Shown: positions 32,958 through 43,481, counted from the stretch's first letter. The stretch: 64,000 nucleotides of DNA from Thermoplasmatota archaeon (GCA_023484105.1 JAMDBD010000029.1:56716-120715); one strand, 5' to 3'. The notes: a model not told the origin generated them from the sequence alone. Numbers and translations are program-made.

Positions 32958-34217
32958 ATGCATTCTGAAATGAAGGCTGGAAGGATACTCATCAGGAACG
33001 CCGAGGAGATTGTATCGCCTACAGGGACAAAGGCTGTTGATCTGAATTCCGCCGATGAAGTGAACATTACAAGACGTTCTTCTATCCTTATATCCAATTC
33101 CAGGGTTGAGGGGATAGACGTAAGGCATGGATCAACTGACGCTGATCTGATCATAGACGCTGAAGGATGCGTAGTTCTTCCCGGACTTATTGATCCGCAC
33201 ACTCACATGATTTTCGCAGGTACCAGGGAGGATGAATTTTACAGAAGGCTTCATGGAGAATCCTACACTGATATTGCACGTTCAGGCGGTGGCATACTTA
33301 GAACTGCGAGATACACATCGGAAGCAGGAGCCGATCAAATCTACCGCCAGACGATGGAACGGGTGAGATCTTCAGTCATGAACGGGATTACAACTCTTGA
33401 GATGAAGACTGGATACAGCCTTGATCTGAATACAGAGGTGAAGATGTCCTCTGTTGCTGAAATGGTAAGATCAACAGGTATCGTTAATGTTGCAACCACA
33501 TTTCTCGGTCTTCACTTCGTCCCTAATGGTTTCACTTCCGAGGAATTCACGGAGAAGGTAATTTCGGAATTTCTGCCGGTGATGTCAGAAAGGGCAAGTT
33601 TTGCAGATGTTTTCTGTGACTCTGGTGCATTTTCGCCTGAAGAAAGTCTCAGATTCCTGAGGGCATCCAAATCCCGTGGCATGAAACTAAAGGTACATGC
33701 CGACGAAATTGAGAACATTGGATCGCTTGACATGCTTTCTGGGCTTGGTCTTACAAGTGCTGATCATCTTATCAATAGTACAGTGGATCAGCTTTCAGCG
33801 CTGGCAAAGAATGGTTCTGTCGGTGTCGTTCTTCCAATAACCTCGTTTTACCTTGATCCTGCAAAAATGCCTGTGGCTGACAGGTTTATGAAGGCAGGCC
33901 TACCGGTGGCCCTTGGTACAGACTGCTCGCCTGCAACGTACGCACCGAACATGATTTTTGCAATCTATCTTGCAGTCAGATTCTGCGGATTTTCCATCAA
34001 TCAGGCACTGACTGCCTCCACACTTAATGCAGCTATTGCTGTTGGGATGGAAGGTCGGGGGACCATCGCTGAAAATTCCCATGCGGATCTCATAGTAGTT
34101 AAGGCAAATAGCTACAGGGAGATACCATATAAGTTCGGATCAGACATGGTGAAGGATGTTGTCGTGAATGGCAGACCGGTTGTCAAAGACTGGAATTTAA
34201 TCAGTGAACCGATCTGA
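32958..34217 (+). CDS. hutI: Imidazolonepropionase (amidohydrolase superfamily)
   Basis: LPGLIDPHTHMIFAGTREDEFYRRLHGESYTDIARSGGGILRTARYT...TTLEMKTGYSLD...HADE matches HutI. Confidence 0.8.
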   Translation: MHSEMKAGRILIRNAEEIVSPTGTKAVDLNSADEVNITRRSSILISNSRVEGIDVRHGSTDADLIIDAEGCVVLPGLIDPHTHMIFAGTREDEFYRRLHGESYTDIARSGGGILRTARYTSEAGADQIYRQTMERVRSSVMNGITTLEMKTGYSLDLNTEVKMSSVAEMVRSTGIVNVATTFLGLHFVPNGFTSEEFTEKVISEFLPVMSERASFADVFCDSGAFSPEESLRFLRASKSRGMKLKVHADEIENIGSLDMLSGLGLTSADHLINSTVDQLSALAKNGSVGVVLPITSFYLDPAKMPVADRFMKAGLPVALGTDCSPATYAPNMIFAIYLAVRFCGFSINQALTASTLNAAIAVGMEGRGTIAENSHADLIVVKANSYREIPYKFGSDMVKDVVVNGRPVVKDWNLISEPI

Positions 34218-34300
34218 TTTTCTGCCTCACATCGCCCCCTAATAAAGGCAGTTCAAAATAGCCTGATTAAAAATATATTCTACCTTGTTCTTATTAGTCT

Positions 34301-35635
34301 ATGAATACCGACGTAAAGGATATTCTGAAAAAGCTCAGAGACGATGACGTCAGATTTCTGCAGTTTCAGTTTACCGACATACAGGGCCTTGTGAAGCTTC
34401 TGACAGTGCCCGTAAACCGCTTTGAGAGTTCGCTCACTGAAGGTGTTGTCTTTGACGGAAGTTCCGTCGCCGGATATGCCCAGATTGAAGAATCTGATAT
34501 GAGAGCACACCCTGACCTTTCAACTTATACGCTTATGCCTGATGCGGGGAATCTTGGAAAGGTTGTCCGCTTTGTATGTGACGTATATACACCTTCTGGC
34601 GAAAGATTTTCCGGTGATCCAAGATATGTCCTTCAAAAACAGCTGGAAAAAGTCAGGAAAAAAGGATGGGACTTTTACGTTGGGCCTGAATTCGAATTCT
34701 TCCTGTTCAACAGAGATTCCAACGGAATGCCGACAAATACACCTTCTGATTTTGGCGGATACTTCGACAATACACCGCTTGATGCGGCAGTAGAGATTCG
34801 GCAGGAGATACTGAATAGCCTTCATCAGCTCGGCTACCAGCCTGAGGCTGCACACCATGAAGTTGCTTTCGGGCAGCATGAGATAGATCTCAGATACGCC
34901 AATGCACTGCTGATGGCTGACAGAGTTACCATGCTGAAGACGCTGATAAAGAACATTGCACAGAAACATGGTCTTTATGCGACTTTCATGCCAAAGCCGA
35001 TAAATGGTGTGAACGGATCAGGAATGCACATTCACCAGAGCATAATGACAACTGATGAATCTGAAAACATATTCTACCAAAGTGGTTCGAAATACGGATT
35101 CAGTGAAACCGCCTTATCCTATCTGGCAGGAATCCTTAAGAACATAAGCGACGGTGCTGCAGTGCTCGCATCGTGGGTAAACTCCTATAAAAGGCTCATA
35201 CCGGGATATGAGGCGCCTGTTTACATTTCGTGGGCCAACAAAAACAGAAGTGCCCTTGTCAGGGTCCCTGCTGGAGAGGGGAACAGGAAGCGTATGGAAT
35301 TAAGATGCCCTGATTCAGCAGGAAATCCTTATCTGCAGTTTGCAGCTGTGCTGGGAATGGGGCTCGATGGAATAGATCATCACCTCAAGCCTCCTGAACC
35401 TGTTGAGCGCGACATATTTTCAATGTCGCCGGAGGAGAGAGAGAAAAACGGTATAAAATCAATGCCAGAGTCTCTTGGGGAGGCTCTCCATCATCTGAGG
35501 AACAGCAAGCTCATGAAAGATGTGCTTGGAAAGCATGTATTTGAGAACTTCATAACGGTAAAGAGCAGAGAATGGGATGCTTTCAGATCACATGTTACTG
35601 AGTGGGAATTGAAGAGCTATCTCCCTATCCTCTGA
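34301..35635 (+). CDS. glnA: Glutamine synthetase, type I
   Basis: VRFLQFQFTDIQG, FDGSSVAGY, GPEFEFFLF, NGSGMHIHQS and SYKRLIPGYEAPVYISW...NRSALVRVP are GS-I signatures. Confidence 0.95.
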   Translation: MNTDVKDILKKLRDDDVRFLQFQFTDIQGLVKLLTVPVNRFESSLTEGVVFDGSSVAGYAQIEESDMRAHPDLSTYTLMPDAGNLGKVVRFVCDVYTPSGERFSGDPRYVLQKQLEKVRKKGWDFYVGPEFEFFLFNRDSNGMPTNTPSDFGGYFDNTPLDAAVEIRQEILNSLHQLGYQPEAAHHEVAFGQHEIDLRYANALLMADRVTMLKTLIKNIAQKHGLYATFMPKPINGVNGSGMHIHQSIMTTDESENIFYQSGSKYGFSETALSYLAGILKNISDGAAVLASWVNSYKRLIPGYEAPVYISWANKNRSALVRVPAGEGNRKRMELRCPDSAGNPYLQFAAVLGMGLDGIDHHLKPPEPVERDIFSMSPEEREKNGIKSMPESLGEALHHLRNSKLMKDVLGKHVFENFITVKSREWDAFRSHVTEWELKSYLPIL

Positions 35636-38312
35636 TCTCCTTCATTATTCTCCCCAGCACGTACTGCAGTATCCCTCCATATCTGAAGTATTCATATTCT
35701 ATAGGAATATCCAGCCTTACCTTCAGATCCACGCTCTTTTTACTTCCGGAACGGTCTGTATAGATCATGGTGGCCTTCTGTGGGTGCTGTCCTTCCATTT
35801 GAAGATCGACCGGCTTTCTCTGGTCCATTGAAAGTTCGTTAACCCCCATTCCTTCAGGAAATTGCAATGGGATTATTCCCATTCCAGCCAGGTTGCTTCT
35901 GTGTATGCGCTCGTAACTCTTTGCTATGACTGCCTGAACACCAAGCAGGTATGGACCCTTCGCGGCCCAGTCTCTGGAACTCCCAGTTCCGTATTCCTTC
36001 CCTGCTATGACTATCAGAGGGATTCCATCCTTACTGTATCTTGTAGCTGCATCATAGATATCTGTCTCCCTACCCTCTGGTATGAATTCTGTATATGGCC
36101 CTTCCCTGTTTGAAAGGGCATTCCTGATTCTTGAATTTCCGAAGGTGGCCCTAACCATTACCTCGTGGTTTCCACGCCTTGATCCAAGACTGTTGAATTC
36201 TGAGGGCTTTACGCCCATCGAAATAAGATACTGTCCTGCAGGACTTGACTGTGATATTGATCCAGCCGGTGAGATGTGATCAGTGGTAACGGAATCGCCG
36301 AGTATCACCAGCGGGAAAGCTCCATGGATGTCCTTGAACTCCTTTCCTCCGTCAGGATCGAAATGATCGAAGTACGGTGGATTTCTGATATACGTGCTGT
36401 TTTCCTCCCAAGGGTATGTCACTGACTGTGAGATCTTTATGGATGACCATTCCTCGGAGCTCTGGTCTATGTTGGAGTATCTTCTGCGGTAGTCGTCTTC
36501 GTTTGTTGCTTCTGAGATAACTTTTTCTATCTCATCGTTTGTTGGCCATATATCTCTGAGAAATATTTTCTTTCCATCCCTGGCCACGCCTAGAGGTTCC
36601 TTCGTAAGATCAACTGTCACCCTGCCCGCTATGGCGAATGCTACCACCAGTGGGGGCGACATCAGATAGTTCGCATGAACATCCCTGTGTATCCTGGCTT
36701 CAAAATTACGGTTTCCTGACAGAACGGCAGCAACGTTGAGATCGTTTTCCTGTATTGCCTTCTGAATTGGTTCTGGAAGAGGCCCGGAGTTTCCTATGCA
36801 TGTGGTGCAACCATACCCAACAAGGTAAAAGCCCATATTCTCAAGATATTTCATCAGACCTGAACGATTCAGATAGTCTGTCACCACCCTGGAACCTGGT
36901 GCCAGCGATGCCTTTACCTTGGGATTTGCCTTGAGCCCGAGTTCATGGGCTTTCTTTGCAAGAAGGCCCGCAGCAACCATAACCTTTGGGTTGCTAGTAT
37001 TTGTGCAGCTGGTGATTGCGGCTATCACCACGTCCCCCTCTGTCAGATGATCCTCGACTCCGTTTATTCTGACAGGAACTGATCTGAGGCTTACTGTCAC
37101 AGTCTTTCCATTACCCGATCTACCCTGATCCTCCATGAATTTCATGAAAGAATCACCGATCCTGGAAATTGGCATCTGCTGCTGCGGCAGTTTAGGACCT
37201 GATACACTGGCCTCGATGGAGGAGAGATCGACATCAACGAGTGATCCGTATTCTATTCCTGAAGTTGATCCATAGAGGCCCTGAGCCTTCATGTATGAGA
37301 CCACCAGTTCTATTTTTTCTGCTGATTTGCCTGTCAGCCTCATGTATTCCACAGTCTTGTCATCTACGGGAAACAGCGCGGCCGTTGCACCATACTCCGG
37401 ACACATGTTGGAGACTGTCGCCCTGTCAGCTGCACTGAGTTCGGACAGCCCGTCACCGTAAAACTCCAGTATTTTCCCAACTACATTCGCCTTTCTGAGG
37501 ATGGATGTTAGGGTGAGTACGAGATCCGTTGCGGTGATTCCCGGTCTAAGCTTCCCGTGCAGATTTACTCCAACAACTTCAGGAAGTGCTATAGTAATTG
37601 GTTCTCCAAGCATTGCAGCCTCTGCCTCAATACCGCCGACTCCCCAGCCAAGCACGCCAATTCCGTTTACCATTGTCGTGTGTGAATCTGTGCCAACCAG
37701 AGTATCAAATAGTGCATATTCCTCGTCTTTGAGCTTTCTGACCGAAACGATGTCGGACAGATATTCAAGGTTGACCTGATGCACTATACCTACAGAAGGT
37801 GGTATGACTCTGAGATTCCTGAAACTCCTGCTGGCCCATTTCAGAAACCGGTATCTTTCCATGTTTCTGTTAAATTCCATCTTCAGATTCTCAGAATATG
37901 ATGAATCTGATCCAAAGTAGTCAACCTGTACTGAATGATCAATCACCAGATCCACCGGAACCACAGGGTTGATTTGAACCGGGTCCATGCCCATATGGCT
38001 GAACTTCTCCCTCATGGATGCAAGATCAACGATTGCCGGAACGCCAGTAAAATCCTGCATCAGTACCCTGGATACCTTGAAAGAGATTTCCTCACCTTTC
38101 TGCGTGGAGCCCTGAAGCAGGAGTTTGATGCTCTCTTCACTTATGCTACCGGCGTCCATATTCCTTATCATGGATTCCAGTATGATCCTGATTGTCCGTG
38201 GCATCCTGGAAACCTTGTAACCTAGATTCTCAAGCTCCGGTAGTGAAAAATACCTGTATTTCTTTTTACCAACTTGAATTTCCCTTATTATCCTCAGATC
38301 TGATTCTGTCAT
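35625..38312 (-). CDS. acnA: Aconitate hydratase (aconitase A type)
   Basis: 895 aa with VGTDSHTTMVNGIGVLGWGVGGIEAEA, AITSCTNTSNP, GYGCTTCIGNSGPL and GKEYGTGSSRDWAAKG. Confidence 0.95.
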   Translation of the reverse strand: MTESDLRIIREIQVGKKKYRYFSLPELENLGYKVSRMPRTIRIILESMIRNMDAGSISEESIKLLLQGSTQKGEEISFKVSRVLMQDFTGVPAIVDLASMREKFSHMGMDPVQINPVVPVDLVIDHSVQVDYFGSDSSYSENLKMEFNRNMERYRFLKWASRSFRNLRVIPPSVGIVHQVNLEYLSDIVSVRKLKDEEYALFDTLVGTDSHTTMVNGIGVLGWGVGGIEAEAAMLGEPITIALPEVVGVNLHGKLRPGITATDLVLTLTSILRKANVVGKILEFYGDGLSELSAADRATVSNMCPEYGATAALFPVDDKTVEYMRLTGKSAEKIELVVSYMKAQGLYGSTSGIEYGSLVDVDLSSIEASVSGPKLPQQQMPISRIGDSFMKFMEDQGRSGNGKTVTVSLRSVPVRINGVEDHLTEGDVVIAAITSCTNTSNPKVMVAAGLLAKKAHELGLKANPKVKASLAPGSRVVTDYLNRSGLMKYLENMGFYLVGYGCTTCIGNSGPLPEPIQKAIQENDLNVAAVLSGNRNFEARIHRDVHANYLMSPPLVVAFAIAGRVTVDLTKEPLGVARDGKKIFLRDIWPTNDEIEKVISEATNEDDYRRRYSNIDQSSEEWSSIKISQSVTYPWEENSTYIRNPPYFDHFDPDGGKEFKDIHGAFPLVILGDSVTTDHISPAGSISQSSPAGQYLISMGVKPSEFNSLGSRRGNHEVMVRATFGNSRIRNALSNREGPYTEFIPEGRETDIYDAATRYSKDGIPLIVIAGKEYGTGSSRDWAAKGPYLLGVQAVIAKSYERIHRSNLAGMGIIPLQFPEGMGVNELSMDQRKPVDLQMEGQHPQKATMIYTDRSGSKKSVDLKVRLDIPIEYEYFRYGGILQYVLGRIMKEIRG

Positions 38313-38474
38313 GCTACATAATTGTCTACTTCAATATCACTTTTGGGCTTTCAGCCGGAAGGCAGAATTTAAACTTTGGAAAACACTTTATTCACCCACT
38401 CTATAGATTTGGCTAGATTGCCACCTGTTCAAGTAATAGTTCTTATGCAATAATGGCATGCTCAGTGGAAGGTA

Positions 38475-39437
38475 ATGGAAAAGGATCGGAACCATGAGAT
38501 AGTTGTGGCTATAAGGGCCATATCGGAAGAGATCAGAAAATCAAATGAGGCACTTGCGTCAGCTGTACTGAAGCTTCAGAAACTTGTGGATCAGATGGTG
38601 AATTCAGGACCTCGCAAACCTGAGCCTGTAAGCAAAATTCTCCAGGAGAGTGTTTTACCTGAGAAGGCTACCGCTGACCAGCCGGAGCATGAGCTATCAA
38701 CCCGGGAGATACCGGCCACTGTTTCAACTGGAAACGAAAAGGTTGACGAGCTTCTGATTGGCGGTATCAGAACCGGAAGCAATTGCATTCTCATAGGCCC
38801 ACCATTTTCAGGGAAGTATATCCTTGCGTGGAACTTTGTAGCTACCTCACTCAGGGAGGGTGTGCCCGTTATCGTGATAACAACCGACAAGGATGTGAAG
38901 GACATCAAATATGAGATATCCAAAATATACCGTGATGTTGATCTTGCTGAAGAAAATGGCCTGCTCCGGTTCGTAGACGTCTACTCCAGAACCATTCAGG
39001 GCCAGCCTTCTTCCAAATTTGCTGTAGTAATAGACAATATAGTCAATGTCAGTTCTTTGATCAAGAATGTTGACTTGATATCCGCCGACATGGTGGCAAA
39101 AAAAGGGTATTACAGGCTGCTGTTCAGCTCTCTTACCTCTTACATGACTGAACTCGACGAAAAGATACTTCTCAAGTTTATTCAGCAGTTCGTTCAAAAG
39201 AGGAGAGGAGAGAACGGAACATCATTTTACCTTCTGGAAGGCGGCTTATTCGACCAGAAGCTCACTGAAGCTGTCGTCTACACGATGGACGGTTCCATAG
39301 AATTTAAAAATGAGGGTTCAAAGTTCTTCCTCAGAGTTTCAGGCCTTGGCAGTGCAAGATCAAGGGACTGGGTAGAACTCTTCATGTCCGAAACCTCCTT
39401 CGATCTTGGGTCCTTTACTCTTGAGAAGATCAGATAA
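38475..39437 (+). CDS. RecA-superfamily (KaiC/FlaH-like) ATPase-fold protein with a coiled-coil N-terminus and an atypical P-loop
   Basis: KVDELLIGGIRTGSNCILIGPPFSGKYILAWNF. The P-loop has Tyr where Ser/Thr is expected. Candidate Walker B is FAVVIDNI. Confidence 0.6.
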   Translation: MEKDRNHEIVVAIRAISEEIRKSNEALASAVLKLQKLVDQMVNSGPRKPEPVSKILQESVLPEKATADQPEHELSTREIPATVSTGNEKVDELLIGGIRTGSNCILIGPPFSGKYILAWNFVATSLREGVPVIVITTDKDVKDIKYEISKIYRDVDLAEENGLLRFVDVYSRTIQGQPSSKFAVVIDNIVNVSSLIKNVDLISADMVAKKGYYRLLFSSLTSYMTELDEKILLKFIQQFVQKRRGENGTSFYLLEGGLFDQKLTEAVVYTMDGSIEFKNEGSKFFLRVSGLGSARSRDWVELFMSETSFDLGSFTLEKIR

Positions 39438-39473
39438 TGATTTATAGAGTTTTCAAATAACAGATGGATAAAT

Positions 39474-39692
39474 ATGTCTAGGCTGGTTCTTCACGAGAGG
39501 AAAGGTCCATATGCGGTCAAGGTTGGTTCTGAGGAGATCCATATATGCGGATGTGGCTTGTCCGGCAACAAACCTTTCTGTGACGGAACTCATAAGAAAA
39601 CCCTTGACGAGAAAGACGATATGTTCTACTATGATGAGGCTGGTAACAGGATAAAATTCGCACCTTTTTACAGAACCTCTGAAAAGCGCTGA
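39474..39692 (+). CDS. CDGSH iron-sulfur domain protein
   Basis: CGCGLSGNKPFCDGTHKK is the CDGSH 2Fe-2S signature. Confidence 0.85.
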   Translation: MSRLVLHERKGPYAVKVGSEEIHICGCGLSGNKPFCDGTHKKTLDEKDDMFYYDEAGNRIKFAPFYRTSEKR

Positions 39693-39700
39693 ATCTTAGG

Positions 39701-40069
39701 GTGGAAAACACGATACCCGGAAGAATGAATTCCAGGGAGTTGCGGCGCATGATGGCTCAGATGGGCATCAAGGCCACTGATTTGACCGATGTAAAAAGGG
39801 TGGTCATGGAGGGTACTGACAGAGACTATGTAATAGATGCCCCTCAGGTGACCAGAATAGAAGCGCAGGGTGAGGTCACATTTCAGATTGTGGGCAAGTC
39901 AAGAGAGGTAAAGAAAAACTCGGCGCAGCCTTCCGCAGAAGCTGCATTCAGTGAGGATGATATCCATCTGGTCATGGATCAGGCTCATGTTTCCAGGGAA
40001 AAGGCCGTTGAAGCTCTTAGCAGAGCTGGCGGTGAGCCTGCAAAGGCGATAGTAGATCTTCTCTCATGA
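39701..40069 (+). CDS. nac: Nascent polypeptide-associated complex protein (NAC)
   Basis: IPGRMNSRELRRMMAQMGIK, a NAC beta-barrel segment, and a C-terminal UBA domain (EDDIHLVMDQAHVSREKAVEALSRAGGEPAKAI). Confidence 0.9.
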   Translation: MENTIPGRMNSRELRRMMAQMGIKATDLTDVKRVVMEGTDRDYVIDAPQVTRIEAQGEVTFQIVGKSREVKKNSAQPSAEAAFSEDDIHLVMDQAHVSREKAVEALSRAGGEPAKAIVDLLS

Positions 40070-41361
40070 AAATTGATGAGCATCTTGCCGCTTCATTACC
40101 TGATCCGGATGAACAGGCGATATATGCACGGGTAACCAGAAATATCCTGGATGCTATTAATGAGGCAATAGGTTCACTGAATATTGATGCAAGGCCAGTG
40201 CTCGTCGGTTCCGTTGCAAAGGGTACCAACCTGAAAGGATCCGACATAGACATTTTCATAGCGTTTTCCAGAAAATACAACGAGAAGGAGATTGAGAATT
40301 ACGGTCTCAGGATAGGGAGAAGCGTTCTCGATCCTGCGATGGAGAGATTTGCTGAACATCCATATGTTTACGGTTACGTAGATGGAATCAAGGTTGACAT
40401 AGTTCCATGCTTTGATATTATGCCGGGGGAGACAAAGATAAGTTCCGTTGACAGAACTCTACTGCATACTGACTATGTGAACATGAATCTGGACAATACA
40501 GGAAAGAATGAGGTAAGGAAACTCAAGGTATTCTTCAGATCAGCGGGCATATATGGATCGGATGTTGTAACATCTGGTTTTTCAGGCTATATTTGCGAAC
40601 TCCTCATCCTGAATTTTGGATCTTTCGATGAAACCGTCACATATTTCTCCACTTTGAAGGGCCGTCTGCTGATACCGCCTGATTCAGGCAGGAAATTTCC
40701 AGATGCAACAGCTGTTGTGATTGATCCAACAGACAACAACAGGAATGCAGGTGCCGCAATAAGTGCTGAAGCCCTTTCCAGAGCGAAAATAGCATCAAAG
40801 CTCTATCTTGAGGAAGGTATGGAGTGCTTCCGGAAGTCAGGAAAAATACCTGTGGATCCAGTGATCAGAAATACCGCATTCAGGGTTATTTCGTTCCCCA
40901 GGCCGGACGTATCGGACGACATCGTTTATACTCAGCTTGTGAGAGTTTCTAAAAAAGTGTCATCTCTTGCAGCGGAAGCTGGATTTAACATCCTCGGAAC
41001 AAGGATAAGACTTTCCGAGAGCAGAATGCTGATTCTCTTGGAGTTTGACAGGGCGAGAGTGCACTCTGTAGTAAGGCACATGGGGCCACCTGTGGAAAAC
41101 CCAAACGCCATTGACTTTGTGAAAAAGTGGAGAGATGCTGCGAGACTCAGGGGACCATACATTTCCGGAGACAGGATTTATGTTGAAACCAAACCAAAAT
41201 TCACTGAGATAGATGATTTTCTCAGTATAATCCTTGGTCATTTCAGTCTTGGAGCTACATTGGAGAGATTGCGCAAAATGATGGAGATTGATGATCCTGT
41301 CGGAAAGAGGAAGTACCACCGTATCCTTGAGGAATATCTTTCCGAGGGGCTCTTTGGATAA
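40066..41361 (+). CDS. cca: CCA-adding tRNA nucleotidyltransferase, archaeal class I
   Basis: VLVGSVAKGTNLKGSDIDIFIAF, HPYVYGY..GIKVDIVPC and RTLLHTDYV. It overlaps nac by 4 nt. Confidence 0.9.
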   Translation: MKIDEHLAASLPDPDEQAIYARVTRNILDAINEAIGSLNIDARPVLVGSVAKGTNLKGSDIDIFIAFSRKYNEKEIENYGLRIGRSVLDPAMERFAEHPYVYGYVDGIKVDIVPCFDIMPGETKISSVDRTLLHTDYVNMNLDNTGKNEVRKLKVFFRSAGIYGSDVVTSGFSGYICELLILNFGSFDETVTYFSTLKGRLLIPPDSGRKFPDATAVVIDPTDNNRNAGAAISAEALSRAKIASKLYLEEGMECFRKSGKIPVDPVIRNTAFRVISFPRPDVSDDIVYTQLVRVSKKVSSLAAEAGFNILGTRIRLSESRMLILLEFDRARVHSVVRHMGPPVENPNAIDFVKKWRDAARLRGPYISGDRIYVETKPKFTEIDDFLSIILGHFSLGATLERLRKMMEIDDPVGKRKYHRILEEYLSEGLFG

Positions 41362-41367
41362 CCCTGG

Positions 41368-43026
41368 CTATCTGGTGCTCAACCTTTCCCTGATCATTTC
41401 CTTCCATCTGTCAGTGAATAGCCGGCGATCATATTCTTTCGGTTCTCCTGATATCTTTGGCTTAAACTCCATCCTTCCAAGGATATCCTTTTCAAGATCT
41501 ACACCAGGTGCGATTTCCGTAAGCAAAATGCCGTCTGCTGAAAGTGAGAAAGAGGCCCTCTCGGTTACGTAGATGATCTCCCTGCCGTTCTTGAGAGCTT
41601 CGCTTCCACTGAAGAACACCTTCTGTACGTCCTTCACAAATTTCACAGTCTTCCCATCCTCCCTGATCTTAAGCTCACCGGTAGAAATATCTATACTGCT
41701 CTTTCCTGCTGTAAACGCTCCTGCGAAGTAAGTTCTTGGTGCTCCTCCTGCTATGACTGGAAAACCTCCTGGGCCAGTCAGTTTCGTTGGAAGGTAGGAT
41801 GAGTTCACATTACCATGACTGTCTATCTGCAGAAAGCCAAGGACTGCAGAATCTATTATTCCACCTTCATAGTTGGAGAACATGTCAGGTATTGTGGAGA
41901 GGGCAAAGGCTCCAAGAGAAACGCCAAAATCTACACCTGGAAGTGCAAGGCCACCCCACGGCCCTGACTCAACAACCGTTATGATGCGTGATGACAGAGA
42001 GTTGCCTTCAAGCATTCCTGAAATGGCAGCCGGTATCCCAACGCCAAGATTTACCAGCAAAGGCCTAGCCCTTTGTGAATAAATCTGGACAAGATCGACG
42101 AGTACCTTTCTGGCGATTATTTCCTGGGCAGGACTCCTGCCATCTTCAAGTCTGCGGTAAACAGATCCGGGTATCACATCACCCTGAAGCTTCAGGGTCG
42201 CCCTTGGATCATACTCAAAGCTGCTCGACTGCCAGTGATACTTGGACGGTGAGACCACGACCTCGTCCACCAGCGGAAATGGGACCTCTACCTGTCTGGG
42301 ATTCATGACACCGTTTTCAACAATCCTCTTGACCTGGGCTATGACCTTACCCCTGCATGGAATTGCTTTGACAGCCTGGGCTATATTCAGCACAGTTCCA
42401 CGAATTCCCTCATCCTCCATTGTCAGGTTTCCAGAGGAATCCGATGAGGTTGCTCTGATGAACGCATAGTCCGGCTTTGGAGCCTGAAAAAGAAGATACT
42501 CCTTGCTATCTATTTCCATCAGTCTTACTCTGCATTCGGCTGCGACGCTGGCCTTAGGATTAAGGGCACCTCCATCCCTTCTGGGATCAAGAAATGTGTC
42601 TATACCTATCCTGCTCAGTAAACCCGGTCTTCCGGAAGCGATCTCTCTGAACCAGTATACTGTTACTCCTATGGGCCATCCATAAACTGCAACCCTGTTT
42701 TCAAGCGTGGCCTTCTGCATCCATGGTGAAAAACCGAGAAAAGGTATCAGTAAGCCGCGGATGAAATCAAAATCGTTATTTTTGTACATGTCTGAGTAAA
42801 CGGCATCCAGCCCCCTTTCCGGCGACGCAGGAAGCGCATCTGTTTCCACGAACAGCGATTTAGGATGACCGGTGCTCCTGTATCTTTCATACAGACCTTT
42901 TATCAGGAATTCAGGGGTTGTTGCCATGTTGAACCCGGAAATGGCAAGCACAGCACCGTCGGGTATTTCTGAAACATAAGTGCCCAGAGTTTCTCCTACC
43001 GATACCTTTACCCTTGGATCATCCAT
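41368..43026 (-). CDS. Family I acyl-CoA:acetate/3-ketoacid CoA-transferase (YdiF/Pct-like, fused subunits)
   Basis: Collinear with my memory of E. coli YdiF: FLDPRRDGG, EYLLFQAPKPDYAFIRATSSDSSGN, TVVESGPWGG (catalytic Glu) and YVTERASFSL..DGILLTEIAPGVDLEKDIL. Confidence 0.8.
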   Translation of the reverse strand: MDDPRVKVSVGETLGTYVSEIPDGAVLAISGFNMATTPEFLIKGLYERYRSTGHPKSLFVETDALPASPERGLDAVYSDMYKNNDFDFIRGLLIPFLGFSPWMQKATLENRVAVYGWPIGVTVYWFREIASGRPGLLSRIGIDTFLDPRRDGGALNPKASVAAECRVRLMEIDSKEYLLFQAPKPDYAFIRATSSDSSGNLTMEDEGIRGTVLNIAQAVKAIPCRGKVIAQVKRIVENGVMNPRQVEVPFPLVDEVVVSPSKYHWQSSSFEYDPRATLKLQGDVIPGSVYRRLEDGRSPAQEIIARKVLVDLVQIYSQRARPLLVNLGVGIPAAISGMLEGNSLSSRIITVVESGPWGGLALPGVDFGVSLGAFALSTIPDMFSNYEGGIIDSAVLGFLQIDSHGNVNSSYLPTKLTGPGGFPVIAGGAPRTYFAGAFTAGKSSIDISTGELKIREDGKTVKFVKDVQKVFFSGSEALKNGREIIYVTERASFSLSADGILLTEIAPGVDLEKDILGRMEFKPKISGEPKEYDRRLFTDRWKEMIRERLSTR

Positions 43027-43028
43027 TA

Positions 43029-43481
43029 TTATCTCACTATCAGAACTGATACAGGGGAATTGGCTGAGACTCGTTCAGAAACAGAGCCGAGAAGTATCCC
43101 CTTCTTGAATCCATGCTTCCTGTTCCCCATCACTATCATATCTGCCTTATACTCCTCTGCGAATCCCAGTATTGATATTACTGGGTCTCCAGTCTTTACA
43201 CTTACATGTGTCTGTATTCCATCCTTTCTGAATTCTGATGCCAACCGTTCAAGCCGCTCCCTCGAATTTCTGATCTCTCTATCGTTCTTCTCTACAATTA
43301 TTTCTGAAGCCCCGCTAATGTCTCCAACAGGGACGTAAACTGGCTTCACTACATGCAGAAGATAGAGAACACATTCGGGGTCCAGGCCTGCAATTCCTGC
43401 TGCAAATTGAACAGCTTTACTAGCTTCTTCAGAAAAATCAGTTGGGCAGACTATTGCTTTTAGTTTAAATCCTGGTATCAC
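43029..43481 (-). CDS. Universal stress protein (UspA family)
   Basis: 150 aa with ADMIVMGNRKHGFKKGILLGSVSERVSANSPVSVLIV. Confidence 0.85.
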   Translation of the reverse strand: MIPGFKLKAIVCPTDFSEEASKAVQFAAGIAGLDPECVLYLLHVVKPVYVPVGDISGASEIIVEKNDREIRNSRERLERLASEFRKDGIQTHVSVKTGDPVISILGFAEEYKADMIVMGNRKHGFKKGILLGSVSERVSANSPVSVLIVR

